A DNA stretch of 64,000 bases, taken from Hyphomicrobiaceae bacterium. Its GTDB lineage: Bacteria > Pseudomonadota > Alphaproteobacteria > Rhizobiales > Methyloligellaceae. The notes beneath the pieces are model-generated. The model did no database searches. It was not told where the DNA came from and saw only the letters and a program-made list of their open reading frames with translations. The position numbers were made by a program, and so were the translations under genes. Location of the stretch: contig JACKJS010000001.1 of the NCBI GenBank assembly GCA_020637815.1, positions 1,217,416-1,281,415 of the forward strand, read 5' to 3'. Shown here piece after piece: positions 28,756-40,084 of this stretch (the first letter of the stretch is position 1; each line of letters opens with the position of its first letter).

Positions 28756-30417
28756 CTACATATTCGCGTAGTTGGGCCCGTCGCCGCCTTCCGGCACCAC
28801 CCAGGTAATGTTCTGGGCCGGATCCTTGATGTCGCAAGTCTTACAGTGCACGCAGTTCTGTGCGTTGATCTGGAAGCGGACCGTGCCGCCCTCCTCCACG
28901 ACCTCGTAGACATTCGCCGGACAGTAGCGCTGCGCCGGCTCGTCATATTTGGGCAGGTTCTGATCGATCGGAATCTCCGGATCGGTCAGCCGCAGATGTA
29001 CCGGTTCGTCTTCGTCGTGGTTGGTGTTCGACAAGAACACCGACGACAGAATATCGAAGGTGAGCGTGTTGTCGGGCTTCGGATAGTCGATGGGCTTGGA
29101 CTTCGCCGCCGGGCGTAAGCTCGCAAAGTCGGGCTTCTTGTGCTTCAGCGTGTAGCCGAGGAACGGAAAGATCGTGTTGAGCCACATATCGAAGCCGCCC
29201 AGCATGACGCCAAGCCGCGTACCGAAACGCGACCACAGCGGCTTCACGTTGCGGACCTTCTTGAGCTCCTTGGCCATGGAGCTGTTCTCGACCGCCAGGA
29301 TGTATTCGAGAAGCGTATCCCGCGCGCGGCCTGCTTCGAGAGCCTGGAAAGCCGCCTCCGCCGCCATGATCCCGGACAGCATGGCGTTGTGGGACCCTTT
29401 GATGCGCGGCACGTTCATGAAGCCCGCGGCGCAGCCGATCAGCGCGCCGCCTGGAAAGGCAAGTTGCGGGATGGCCTGCCAGCCGCCCTCGGTCAGGGCA
29501 CGCGCGCCATAAGCGATGCGCTTTCCGCCTTCCAGGTGCCGCGCGATGACGGGATGCGTCTTCGAGCGCTGGAACTCCTTGAACGGGCTCAGATAGGGGT
29601 TCGCGTAGTCGAGATGGACGACGAAGCCGACCGACACGAGATTGTCGCCGAAGTGATAGAGGAAGGAGCCGCCGCCGGTGTTGTTATCGAGCGGCCAGCC
29701 CATCGTGTGTTGCACGAGGCCAGGCTTGTGGTTCTCTGGCGGGATCTCCCAAAGTTCCTTGAGGCCAATGCCGAATTTCTGCGTGCCGCTGTCCTCGTCC
29801 AGCCCGTATTTCTTGATGAGCTGCTTGGTCACCGAGCCGCGCGCGCCTTCCGCGAAGAACGTGTACTTGCCGAGCAGCGCCATGCCCGGCGTGTAGCTGT
29901 CCTTGGGGCTGCCGTCGCGGGCCACGCCGAGATCTCCGGTGATCACGCCTTCGACCTCGCCGTCCGCGCCGATGATCGCCTCGGCGACCGCGATCCCCGG
30001 ATAGATCTCGACGCCCATGGACTCGGCCTGCTCGCCGAGCCATTTGGTGAGGTTGCCGAGACTGCCCGCATAGCAGCCGTGATTGTTCATCAGCGGGGGC
30101 ATGAATAGGTTGGGCAGCCTGATCTCGCCCCCCTCGCCGAGATAGTAGAAAAGGTCCTTGGTCACCTCGTCCTTGAGCGGCGCGCCTTGCTCGCGCCAAT
30201 CGGGGATGAGCTTGTCGAGACCGGCCGGATCGACGACCGCGCCCGACAGAATATGGGCCCCGACCTCCGAGCCCTTTTCCAAGACGACGACGGAAATCTC
30301 CGTGTCCTTCTCGGCCGCAAGCTGCTTGAGCCGGATCGCGGCGGAGAGCCCAGCCGGCCCCGCTCCCACGATCACCACATCGAACTCCATGATATCCCGT
30401 TCGACTTGATCGCTCAT
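28756..30417 (-). CDS. Electron transfer flavoprotein-ubiquinone oxidoreductase
   Basis: GAGPAGL, GAHILSGA and C-terminal Fe-S motif CPA..NCVHCKTCDIKDP. Confidence 0.96.
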   Translation of the reverse strand: MSDQVERDIMEFDVVIVGAGPAGLSAAIRLKQLAAEKDTEISVVVLEKGSEVGAHILSGAVVDPAGLDKLIPDWREQGAPLKDEVTKDLFYYLGEGGEIRLPNLFMPPLMNNHGCYAGSLGNLTKWLGEQAESMGVEIYPGIAVAEAIIGADGEVEGVITGDLGVARDGSPKDSYTPGMALLGKYTFFAEGARGSVTKQLIKKYGLDEDSGTQKFGIGLKELWEIPPENHKPGLVQHTMGWPLDNNTGGGSFLYHFGDNLVSVGFVVHLDYANPYLSPFKEFQRSKTHPVIARHLEGGKRIAYGARALTEGGWQAIPQLAFPGGALIGCAAGFMNVPRIKGSHNAMLSGIMAAEAAFQALEAGRARDTLLEYILAVENSSMAKELKKVRNVKPLWSRFGTRLGVMLGGFDMWLNTIFPFLGYTLKHKKPDFASLRPAAKSKPIDYPKPDNTLTFDILSSVFLSNTNHDEDEPVHLRLTDPEIPIDQNLPKYDEPAQRYCPANVYEVVEEGGTVRFQINAQNCVHCKTCDIKDPAQNITWVVPEGGDGPNYANM

Positions 30418-30529
30418 CTCAGCCCTTTCCGTTCTTATGCCGCACCACGCCGCGCCCCCGGCGAATTGGTGCTAACATTCCTGATGTTGCCTTGAATTGA
30501 CACATAGAGGATCGAACCGGGCATCGCAA

Positions 30530-31348
30530 ATGAGTGAAAGCACCGCGAAAAACGCGTCGCACCTGCTCGCCTGGTACGAAGCCATGGGTGTGGACGAGGC
30601 GATTGGAGAAACGCCGGTGGACCGCTTCGCCGCACCAGCCGCGCCGTCCTCCTCCGAATCCTCCGCCGAGGAGCGGAAGCGCGCGCCGGCGGCTTCCCCC
30701 GATGCACGGGTTCGCCCGCCCAAGGCGGCGCGTACCTCCCCGCCGGCCGCAAGCGCAGCGGCGCCCTCGCTCGAGGAGATCGAGACGCTTGCCGACCTCG
30801 AAAAGGCCGTCGCGGCCTTCGACGGCTGCGCGCTGAAACGGACCGCGAAGAACACGTGCTTCGCCCGCGGCAACGACAAAGCCAAGGTGATGCTCATCGG
30901 CGAGGCGCCGGGCCGGGACGAGGACCTGCAAGGCAAGCCTTTCGTCGGCCGCGCCGGCCGCCTCCTCGACAAGATGCTGGCCACGATCGGTCTCGACGAA
31001 AACGCCGTCTACATCACCAACACGATCTATTGGCGCCCGCCCGGAAACCGGACACCCACAGCACAGGAAATCGGCGCCTGCATGCCGTTCTTGACGCGCC
31101 AGATCGAATTGCTGGAACCGCAGGTCATCGTGCTCTTGGGTGGGGCGGCCGCGAAATCGGTCCTCGACACGACGGACGGCATCATGCGCCTGCGCGGCAA
31201 GTGGAAACTATACAACGCGAAAGGACGGGACATTCCCACGCTTGCGACATTACATCCTGCCTATCTGCTTCGCACGCCGGACGCGAAGCGCTTAGCTTGG
31301 CGCGATCTGCTCATGCTGAAGGCAAGGCTGGAGGAACTCGCTCAATGA
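30530..31348 (+). CDS. Uracil-DNA glycosylase family 4
   Basis: [23 protein letters not shown] and LHPAYLLR motifs. Confidence 0.92.
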   Translation: MSESTAKNASHLLAWYEAMGVDEAIGETPVDRFAAPAAPSSSESSAEERKRAPAASPDARVRPPKAARTSPPAASAAAPSLEEIETLADLEKAVAAFDGCALKRTAKNTCFARGNDKAKVMLIGEAPGRDEDLQGKPFVGRAGRLLDKMLATIGLDENAVYITNTIYWRPPGNRTPTAQEIGACMPFLTRQIELLEPQVIVLLGGAAAKSVLDTTDGIMRLRGKWKLYNAKGRDIPTLATLHPAYLLRTPDAKRLAWRDLLMLKARLEELAQ

Positions 31349-31896
31349 CCGCCCGTATCGACCACACCCGCCCATTCGTCCCCGTGCGCATCGCCGTGCT
31401 GACCATCTCGGACACGCGTACGCCGAAAACGGACAAGTCGGGCCCGCTTCTGGCGCAGATGATCGAGGAGGCCGGCCATACGCTCGCCGGCCGCGCCGTG
31501 GCCCCGGACGACGAAAAATCGATCCGCAAGGCCGTGAAGAAATGGGTGAAGGCGAAGGACGTCGACGTGGTCATCACCACAGGCGGGACCGGCTTCACGG
31601 GGCGCGATGTGACGCCCGAGGCCGTTCGCCCGATCTTCGACAAGGAGATCGAAGGCTTCTCCGTCCTGTTCCACATGCTCAGCTATCAGACGGTCGGCAC
31701 GTCCACGATCCAAAGCCGCGCTTGCGGCGGTCTCGCCAAGGGCACGCTGATCTTCTGCGTCCCCGGCTCTCCTGGTGCGTGCGAGGACGCGTGGCGCGGC
31801 ATTCTCAAGTTCCAGCTCGACAACCGCCATCGCCCTTGCTCCTTCATCGAGCTGATGCCACGCCTCACCGAGAGCAAGAAGAAGAAGGCAGATTAG
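31345..31896 (+). CDS. moaB: Molybdenum cofactor biosynthesis protein B
   Basis: IAVLTISDTR, TTGGTGFTGRDVTPEA and STIQSRA motifs; ATGA coupling to the UDG gene. Confidence 0.95.
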   Translation: MTARIDHTRPFVPVRIAVLTISDTRTPKTDKSGPLLAQMIEEAGHTLAGRAVAPDDEKSIRKAVKKWVKAKDVDVVITTGGTGFTGRDVTPEAVRPIFDKEIEGFSVLFHMLSYQTVGTSTIQSRACGGLAKGTLIFCVPGSPGACEDAWRGILKFQLDNRHRPCSFIELMPRLTESKKKKAD

Positions 31897-31950
31897 AGGA
31901 CCGCGCGCGTTGAAGACGAGCCGGCTGTTGCAGCATGGTGGCTGTGCGGG

Positions 31951-32025
31951 ATCGCGAGCGTCTCCTGCTCGGATCCGCTCGCCCGCAACGCCGTCAAGGG
32001 CCGCTTCACCTGGCTGTTCAACTAG
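31951..32025 (+). pseudogene. Possible relic of an autotransporter/outer-membrane beta-barrel C-terminus
   Basis: Intergenic frame reads IASVSCSDPLARNAVKGRFTWLFN* and has no start codon. Confidence 0.4.
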
Positions 32026-32034
32026 AGGCGCCCG

Positions 32035-32694
32035 TTAGGCCGGGCCGTGTGCCCTGAGACATAGACGTTCGGCCACATCCCGCTGGCGGTGCCAAGCCTC
32101 GGCCGTGTCGACATCGCTCAGCGTCGCCGCCGTGGCGATCGCGCATCCTCTCAGATTGGCGCGCGTGGCCGAGAGCGCATCCGGCGTCGACCAGGGTACG
32201 TTCTCGAATGGCGCCAGCTTCCGGGGGCTTCGCTTGAGCCCCACAAGCCAATAGCCGCCGTCGCGCGCCGGCCCGAGCACTGCATCGGCGCTACCGAGCT
32301 TGCGGAACGCATCGGCGATATGGGCGCGGGAAATGGCGGGGATGTCGCTGCCGACGAGAACCACGGGGCCCGGCGGCATCGCATCGAAGAGGCGCTGCAT
32401 GCGTGCGCCGAGATCGCCCTGCTCTTGCGAAATCCGCACAATCCGCGAGGCGCCGGGCCAGCAATTCTCATGCAAGGCACTGCCGGGCGAGACGGCCAAA
32501 TAGGTCTGCCAGCGCGGGTCGCTCCCTAAGCGAAGCAGCGTGTGGCCGAGTACAGTCCGGTAAAAGCGCACCGCCGGGACATCGCCGATGCCGTGCGCCA
32601 GGCGCCGCTTCGCGGCACCCGCCTTGGGCTGCTTGGCCATGACGACGAGGCTCTGCCCGAACGCGGCACCCCGCGCGGGCCGGACATCATTCAT
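32035..32694 (-). CDS. TIGR04282/DUF2064 family CofC-like transferase
   Basis: VMAKQP..QGDLGARM..LVGSDIP..VLGPARDGGYWLVG..VPWST..LSDVD. Confidence 0.88.
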   Translation of the reverse strand: MNDVRPARGAAFGQSLVVMAKQPKAGAAKRRLAHGIGDVPAVRFYRTVLGHTLLRLGSDPRWQTYLAVSPGSALHENCWPGASRIVRISQEQGDLGARMQRLFDAMPPGPVVLVGSDIPAISRAHIADAFRKLGSADAVLGPARDGGYWLVGLKRSPRKLAPFENVPWSTPDALSATRANLRGCAIATAATLSDVDTAEAWHRQRDVAERLCLRAHGPA

Positions 32695-33376
32695 ACAGCC
32701 TGGCAAGCAGCCGCGGCGGCACGCGCAGCAGATAGAGCAGCGTCAGCCCGAGATTCCGGGCGCTGCGAAGGAGATAGCCGTCCTCCTGGTAACGTCGGGC
32801 GCTGGTAACGGCCCGCGTCCTGAAGGCATGGAGTTCGCGGCGCTTGAGGCGGCGGACAAGGTCCACATCCTCCATCAGCGGAAGAGGCCGGAACCCGCCG
32901 AGCCGCGCATAGTGGGTGCGCGAGATCAGAAGACCCTGATCGCCGTAGGGGAGCGAAAAGAAGGCGCAGCGCAAGCCGACCATCGTCTCGATCAGGCGCG
33001 GCATGAACCCTTCGTCGTCGAGCCCGAAGCGGAAATAGGCTGCCGAGTGCGGGCGGCGCCCGCTTTCGATCCGCTCGATGAAGTTGGCCACCTCGGTGGC
33101 CCAGCCGGGCTCCAGCACCGTGTCGGCATGGAGAAAGAGGAGCCAGTCGCCCTTCGCCTCCCGTGCGCCCGCCTCGAGCTGCATGCCCCGGCCCCGAGGG
33201 GCCTTGACCAAATGCGTCCCAGCCGCATCCGCGATCAAATAGGTGCCGTCCGTCGAACCGCCGTCGGCGATGATCGCCTCTTGCACGATCCCTTCGACCA
33301 CGGCGGGCACCAGCCCCGACAAGGTCGGCACGAGGGTCCGTTCGGCATTGAGCGTCGGAATCACGACAGAAATCAT
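32687..33376 (-). CDS. TIGR04283 family GT2 glycosyltransferase
   Basis: ISVVIPTLN, DGGSTD, LFLHAD, LPYGDQG, PLMEDVD and TSARRY motifs. Confidence 0.9.
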   Translation of the reverse strand: MISVVIPTLNAERTLVPTLSGLVPAVVEGIVQEAIIADGGSTDGTYLIADAAGTHLVKAPRGRGMQLEAGAREAKGDWLLFLHADTVLEPGWATEVANFIERIESGRRPHSAAYFRFGLDDEGFMPRLIETMVGLRCAFFSLPYGDQGLLISRTHYARLGGFRPLPLMEDVDLVRRLKRRELHAFRTRAVTSARRYQEDGYLLRSARNLGLTLLYLLRVPPRLLARLYE

Positions 33377-33449
33377 GGGCCGGACTATAGCGGTTGCGGT
33401 TCTGGCGGCAATCGCCTCCAAAGGACGCAAGGCCAACCCAATATTCTAT

Positions 33450-33464
33450 GTTCTTGATTTGTTC
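33450..33464. promoter_or_regulatory. Alphaproteobacterial LexA (SOS) box GTTC-N7-GTTC overlapping a CTTG..CCTATAT promoter
   Basis: GTTCTTGATTTGTTC ending 24 bp upstream of the radical SAM start codon. Confidence 0.82.
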
Positions 33465-33488
33465 TGCTATGCCGCCTATATTCGGGGC

Positions 33489-34610
33489 ATGAGCATCGCC
33501 CTTCGAAAACCGAACCGCGACGAGAGCCTGCCCCACGAGGCGGGAGGCATCGCCTATGGACGGCGCCATGGCCGGGGCGCCCAGACGAACCGGTCGGGCC
33601 GGTTCGAGGCGCGGACCTACGAGCCGGTGGACGACGGCTGGGATTCGCTCGGCGATCTCGAGGCTCTGCGGACGGAAGTGCAGGAAACCCCGGCCCGCCG
33701 CATCATCACCAAGAACGATTCGCCGGATATCGGCTTCGACCGCTCGATCAATCCGTATCGGGGCTGCGAGCACGGCTGCGTTTATTGCTTCGCGCGCCCG
33801 ACTCACGCCTTTCTCGGCATGTCTCCGGGCCTCGACTTCGAGACCAAGCTGTTCGCCAAGACCAATGCCGCGCATGCCCTGGAGCGTGAGTTGGCGGCGC
33901 CGGACTATCGCCCGCGCATGATCGCAATCGGATCGAACACCGACCCCTATCAGCCGGTGGAGCGGCGTTATCGGATCATGCGGCGGATCCTTGAGGTCTT
34001 GAACGCCGCGAACCATCCCGTGGGGATCGTCACGAAGTCCGCGTTGGTTTTGCGCGATCTCGACATTCTGCAATCCATGGCGGAACGCGGACTGGTGAAA
34101 GTCGCGCTGTCGGTGACGACGCTCGACCGGAAGCTGGCCCGCGCCATGGAGCCGCGCGCCAGCACGCCGGACAAACGCCTCGAGGCCATCGAGACGCTTG
34201 CAAGCGCGGGCATCCCGGCTTCGGTCATGGTGGCGCCGGTCGTGCCGGGTCTCACCGACGCGGAAATCGAGCGCATCTTGGAGCGCGCGTCCGCGGCCGG
34301 CGCGGCCGAGGCCGGCTACATCCTGCTGCGGCTGCCGTTGGAGATCGGCGATCTCTTCGTGGAATGGCTGGAAGCCAATTGCCCGGATCGTGCCAACCGC
34401 GTGCTGTCGCTGGTGCGGCAGACAAGGGGCGGCAAGCTCTACGATGCACAGTGGCAGAGCCGCATGGAGGGCGACGGGCCTTATGCCTGGATGATCGGCC
34501 GCCGCTTCCAGATGGCCGCCGAACGGCTCGGCCTCGACAAGCGCCACAAATTGCGGACCGACTTGTTCACGCCGCCCACTCTGCCAGGCCAGCAACTGAG
34601 CCTACTCTAG
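33489..34610 (+). CDS. PA0069 family radical SAM protein (spore photoproduct lyase-like)
   Basis: SINPYRGCEHGCVYCFARPTH (CxxxCxxC), NTDPYQP and C-terminal QLSL. Confidence 0.93.
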   Translation: MSIALRKPNRDESLPHEAGGIAYGRRHGRGAQTNRSGRFEARTYEPVDDGWDSLGDLEALRTEVQETPARRIITKNDSPDIGFDRSINPYRGCEHGCVYCFARPTHAFLGMSPGLDFETKLFAKTNAAHALERELAAPDYRPRMIAIGSNTDPYQPVERRYRIMRRILEVLNAANHPVGIVTKSALVLRDLDILQSMAERGLVKVALSVTTLDRKLARAMEPRASTPDKRLEAIETLASAGIPASVMVAPVVPGLTDAEIERILERASAAGAAEAGYILLRLPLEIGDLFVEWLEANCPDRANRVLSLVRQTRGGKLYDAQWQSRMEGDGPYAWMIGRRFQMAAERLGLDKRHKLRTDLFTPPTLPGQQLSLL

Positions 34611-34686
34611 CGGCTTTTCCACAAGTGGAGCATTCTTCCGGTCTCGCAGGTTGCACGAGGCGCGCTGTTCGTCGGACAGTCCCACC

Positions 34687-35352
34687 ATGGAACCGACGCA
34701 ACCGCCGCCAAACAGCTTTCCGAACTACGATCTCGAAGCGGAACTGATGGATTTGCATGGCCTGCCCGTGGCCGGCGTCGACGAAGCGGGGCGCGGGCCC
34801 TGGGCCGGCCCCGTCGTGACCGCGGCGGTCATCCTTAATCCCGATCGGATTCCGGACGGCTTGGACGATTCGAAGAAGCTGACGCCGGAGGCCCGCGAGG
34901 ACCGCTATGCGGAAATCATGGCGACGGCCTGCGTCTCGGTGGTCATCGGACAGGTCGCGCGCATCGACCGCGACAACATCCTGCAAGCGACGCTTTGGGC
35001 CATGCGCACGGCCTTCCGGAATCTCGAAGTGCCGCAAGCCGCGGCCCTGATCGACGGCAATGCGGTGCCGAAGCGTTTTCCGGGAACGGTCCAGGCCGTG
35101 ATCGGCGGCGACGGCCTGTCTGTGTCCATCGCGGCTGCCTCGATCGTCGCGAAGGTCACGCGAGACCGGATCATGGTGCGGCTTTCAAAGCGCTATCGCG
35201 GCTATGGCTGGGAGAACAACAAAGGCTACGGCACGCCGGAACATGCGAGCGGTATCGAGAAGCACGGCATCTGTCCGCATCACCGCCGTTCCTTCGCGCC
35301 CATCCAGCGCATTCTCGCGCTGCAGAACGAGGGCGCCCTGCCCGGTCGCTAG
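34687..35352 (+). CDS. rnhB: Ribonuclease HII
   Basis: AGVDEAGRGP, DDSKKL, IAAASIVAKVTRD and HRRSF motifs. Confidence 0.96.
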   Translation: MEPTQPPPNSFPNYDLEAELMDLHGLPVAGVDEAGRGPWAGPVVTAAVILNPDRIPDGLDDSKKLTPEAREDRYAEIMATACVSVVIGQVARIDRDNILQATLWAMRTAFRNLEVPQAAALIDGNAVPKRFPGTVQAVIGGDGLSVSIAAASIVAKVTRDRIMVRLSKRYRGYGWENNKGYGTPEHASGIEKHGICPHHRRSFAPIQRILALQNEGALPGR

Positions 35353-36101
35353 CCGAGCCAGCCGGCGATGCGCCCGGCAATTTCGCCGGCGCCGTCTTCC
35401 ATGACGAGCATGTGGGCGTGGCCGTCCAGCGTCCAGAACGCGCTGCCGGGATAGGAGTGCGCCGTCGCCTTCGCCGTGGCGAGCGGCACGACGCGATCCT
35501 CCGTACCCGATAGCGTGAGCACCGGACAGTCCACGGCGCTCGTATCGACGGCGGTCGCCCCCGTCCGGTCGAACATCCAGAGGAACAGCTCGAACAGCGC
35601 CTGCCCCGACTCCGGCCCGAACGCGTCGAACACCTGCCGCTGACGGGCGGGCGACAGGCCGTTGAGGCTGATGTTGCAGGCGATCTCGAAGTTGGGATCG
35701 AAAGCGCGCGTCCAGAACGGACCGAGCGACATCAGATCCTGGCCGAGCTGTTTTTCGGAATCGGACGACGGCAAGATGCCCGCCCGCGCCGCCGGGCTCG
35801 CCAGGACGAGCTTCTCCGCAAGCCCGCGCGCGGCGAGCTGCTGCGCGATGACCGCGCCCATGGAATGGCCCAGCAGGACCGGCCTTTCGGGCAGCGCCTC
35901 GACAAAGGCCGTCATCTGTTCGCGGTAATCGGCGATGCCGACGCCCGTAAGCTTGGCGATGCCATCGGCCTTGTCGGCCCCGTGCCCGATGAGGTCGGGC
36001 GTGTGGCAGTCATAGCCGCGCGCCTCGAAGACCTCTCGAAAAGGCTCGAAACACCACCCGCCGCAATTGACGCCGTGCACCATGACGACCGTCTTTGTCA
36101 T
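35349..36101 (-). CDS. Alpha/beta fold hydrolase
   Basis: VHG, GHSMG nucleophile elbow, Asp (EDRVV) and His (HAHML). Confidence 0.9.
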   Translation of the reverse strand: MTKTVVMVHGVNCGGWCFEPFREVFEARGYDCHTPDLIGHGADKADGIAKLTGVGIADYREQMTAFVEALPERPVLLGHSMGAVIAQQLAARGLAEKLVLASPAARAGILPSSDSEKQLGQDLMSLGPFWTRAFDPNFEIACNISLNGLSPARQRQVFDAFGPESGQALFELFLWMFDRTGATAVDTSAVDCPVLTLSGTEDRVVPLATAKATAHSYPGSAFWTLDGHAHMLVMEDGAGEIAGRIAGWLG

Positions 36102-36157
36102 GCAATTCTCCTTCCCGACGCGCCTCCCGGACACATCGCCAGGCGCCCGGCGGCGGA

Positions 36158-36172
36158 TTAAGGCCACCTTTA
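36158..36172. promoter_or_regulatory. Putative CtrA box upstream of ccrM (TTAA-N7-TTTA); GANTC site at 36252-36256
   Basis: One mismatch to TTAA-N7-TTAA; ccrM is a known CtrA target in alphaproteobacteria. Confidence 0.5.
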
Positions 36173-36253
36173 CCCCACTCCGCCAGCATGGGCCGGTCTT
36201 GCCGAAACGCAAAACGGCAAGCGCGTATTAGTTCTGCGTAGCGCGAGTGGTGA

Positions 36254-38480
<2,227 letters not shown>

Positions 38481-38593
38481 AAGTCCCCATGCCACGCTCC
38501 ATCGCGGGGCGCCATGGTGTAGGTTATCGGGCCAACGGCGATTCCGCGACGGTCCGAACGTGGCGCAACGCCGAAGCCCGGAGCGGACAGGTC

Positions 38594-39148
38594 ATGTATA
38601 GCAGAGCACCGAAGCCCAAAGGCGGCGCCCGCGCCATCGGCGCCTTTGTCGACAAGGCGCTGGACCGCGCCGCGCGCGGGCGCGGCTTCGCCACGACGGC
38701 CCTCCTGACCGACTGGCGCACGATCGCCGGGGCGGACCTTGCCCGTTACACCATGCCTGACCGCATCATCTGGCCACGGCGCAGCGACGATTGGCGCGGA
38801 GACGGCGGCGACGCGCCCGTGCGGGGCCACAAGAGCGGCGGCGCGACGCTCGTCTTGCGTATCGAGGGGCCTCGCGCGATCGAGGTGCAACATCGCGCCG
38901 GTCAGATCCTGGAGCGGATCAACGCCTATTTCGGCTATCGCGCCGTGACCGAGATGCGCTTCCTGCAAGCGCCGATCGGCCGCGTTGCCCGGCCAAAGCG
39001 TGCGCAAAAGCCACCTCTTCCCGCCTACGCCTTGCCGAAATCCGCTGGCATCCACGACAAAGGCTTGGCCCGGGCACTTGCGCGGCTGGGCGCAGGCGCC
39101 ATGAGCGTCAACGCGAGTCGGCCAAAGTCAGGCGACAACCGGAGTTGA
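38594..39148 (+). CDS. DUF721/DciA family protein
   Basis: RGFA..LLTDWRTIAG..ATLVLRIEG..ILERINAYFGYRAV; conserved mutY-dciA-dsbA-smc context. Confidence 0.82.
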   Translation: MYSRAPKPKGGARAIGAFVDKALDRAARGRGFATTALLTDWRTIAGADLARYTMPDRIIWPRRSDDWRGDGGDAPVRGHKSGGATLVLRIEGPRAIEVQHRAGQILERINAYFGYRAVTEMRFLQAPIGRVARPKRAQKPPLPAYALPKSAGIHDKGLARALARLGAGAMSVNASRPKSGDNRS

Positions 39149-39294
39149 GTCTTGCTCGCGGCAGGTCTAAACGTCCCCTCATGAGGGGTTGAATTGGAAG
39201 TCTTTGCGCGTCCTCGCCAGATCGGAGCGCCGTCACGATTGTGAACGCCCGTTCGTGCGTGGGCCCGCAGAACAGAAACGCCGGAGAATTCATC

Positions 39295-40029
39295 GTGGCA
39301 AAACCCGACAAGAAGCAGATCGAGGCTTCAGCCAAGAGCGGCAACAACAAGACCGGACTTATCGTAATTGCCGCCCTTGTCGCGATCCTAGCGGCTGTGG
39401 GCCTTTACTTCGTCAATACTAAGTCGGCGGCGGACCCCAACGCGCCAAAAATGGACCCGCAATCCGCAGCGCTCATGGAAGCCGGGCCACTTGAGGACAT
39501 CGTACTCGGCGATCCAAAGGCGGACAATGTGATCATCGAATACGCCTCGATGACCTGCCCTCACTGCGCCCACTTCTATACCGAGGTCTTTCCGGAGGTG
39601 AAGAAGAAGTACATCGACACCGGTAAGGCGCGCTTCATCTTCCGCGAGTTCCCGCTGGACGGGCTTGCCGTCGCGGCTTCGATGCTCGCGCGCTGTTCGG
39701 GCAAGGACCGCTTCTATCCAATGGTCGACGGGCTGTTCGAGACGCAAGAGACCTGGGCCGTGCCCGGAGCCGACGGCAAGGAGAAGCTGAAGCTCATCGC
39801 GAAACAGGCCGGTTTCTCCGAAGAGAGCTTCGACAAGTGCCTTGGGGACAAGGAACTGTTCGACAAGATCGTCGCTGTCCGCAAGAAGGCGCATGAGGAA
39901 TATGGCGTGGACGCCACGCCGTCGTTCTTCGTCAACGGCAAGCGCCTCTCTGGGATTGGGATCGAGTCTTTCGACGCGGCCATCGAAGGTAAGCCCGAGC
40001 CGGAGCCGGAGCAGGCTCCGAACGGATAG
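39295..40029 (+). CDS. DsbA-family thiol-disulfide oxidoreductase (CPHC)
   Basis: EYASMTCPHCAHF, FREFPL and ATPSFFVNG motifs; N-terminal TM segment. Confidence 0.9.
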   Translation: MAKPDKKQIEASAKSGNNKTGLIVIAALVAILAAVGLYFVNTKSAADPNAPKMDPQSAALMEAGPLEDIVLGDPKADNVIIEYASMTCPHCAHFYTEVFPEVKKKYIDTGKARFIFREFPLDGLAVAASMLARCSGKDRFYPMVDGLFETQETWAVPGADGKEKLKLIAKQAGFSEESFDKCLGDKELFDKIVAVRKKAHEEYGVDATPSFFVNGKRLSGIGIESFDAAIEGKPEPEPEQAPNG

Positions 40030-40084
40030 GCGCGGCGGCAATCCGATCGCTCCGTAACAGGCGGGCCCTGGGGCCGACGTCCTT

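Noticed and set aside
31894-31896. moaB TAG followed by an open in-frame extension (possible readthrough or pyrrolysine)
   Set aside because: MoaB is already full length, there are no pyl genes in the window, and a 43-codon open stretch is expected by chance at this GC content
32691-34595. 634-aa minus-strand ORF spanning the rSAM and GT2 genes
   Set aside because: Overlaps two well-supported genes; Arg/Ala/Gly-rich composition typical of off-frame high-GC sequence
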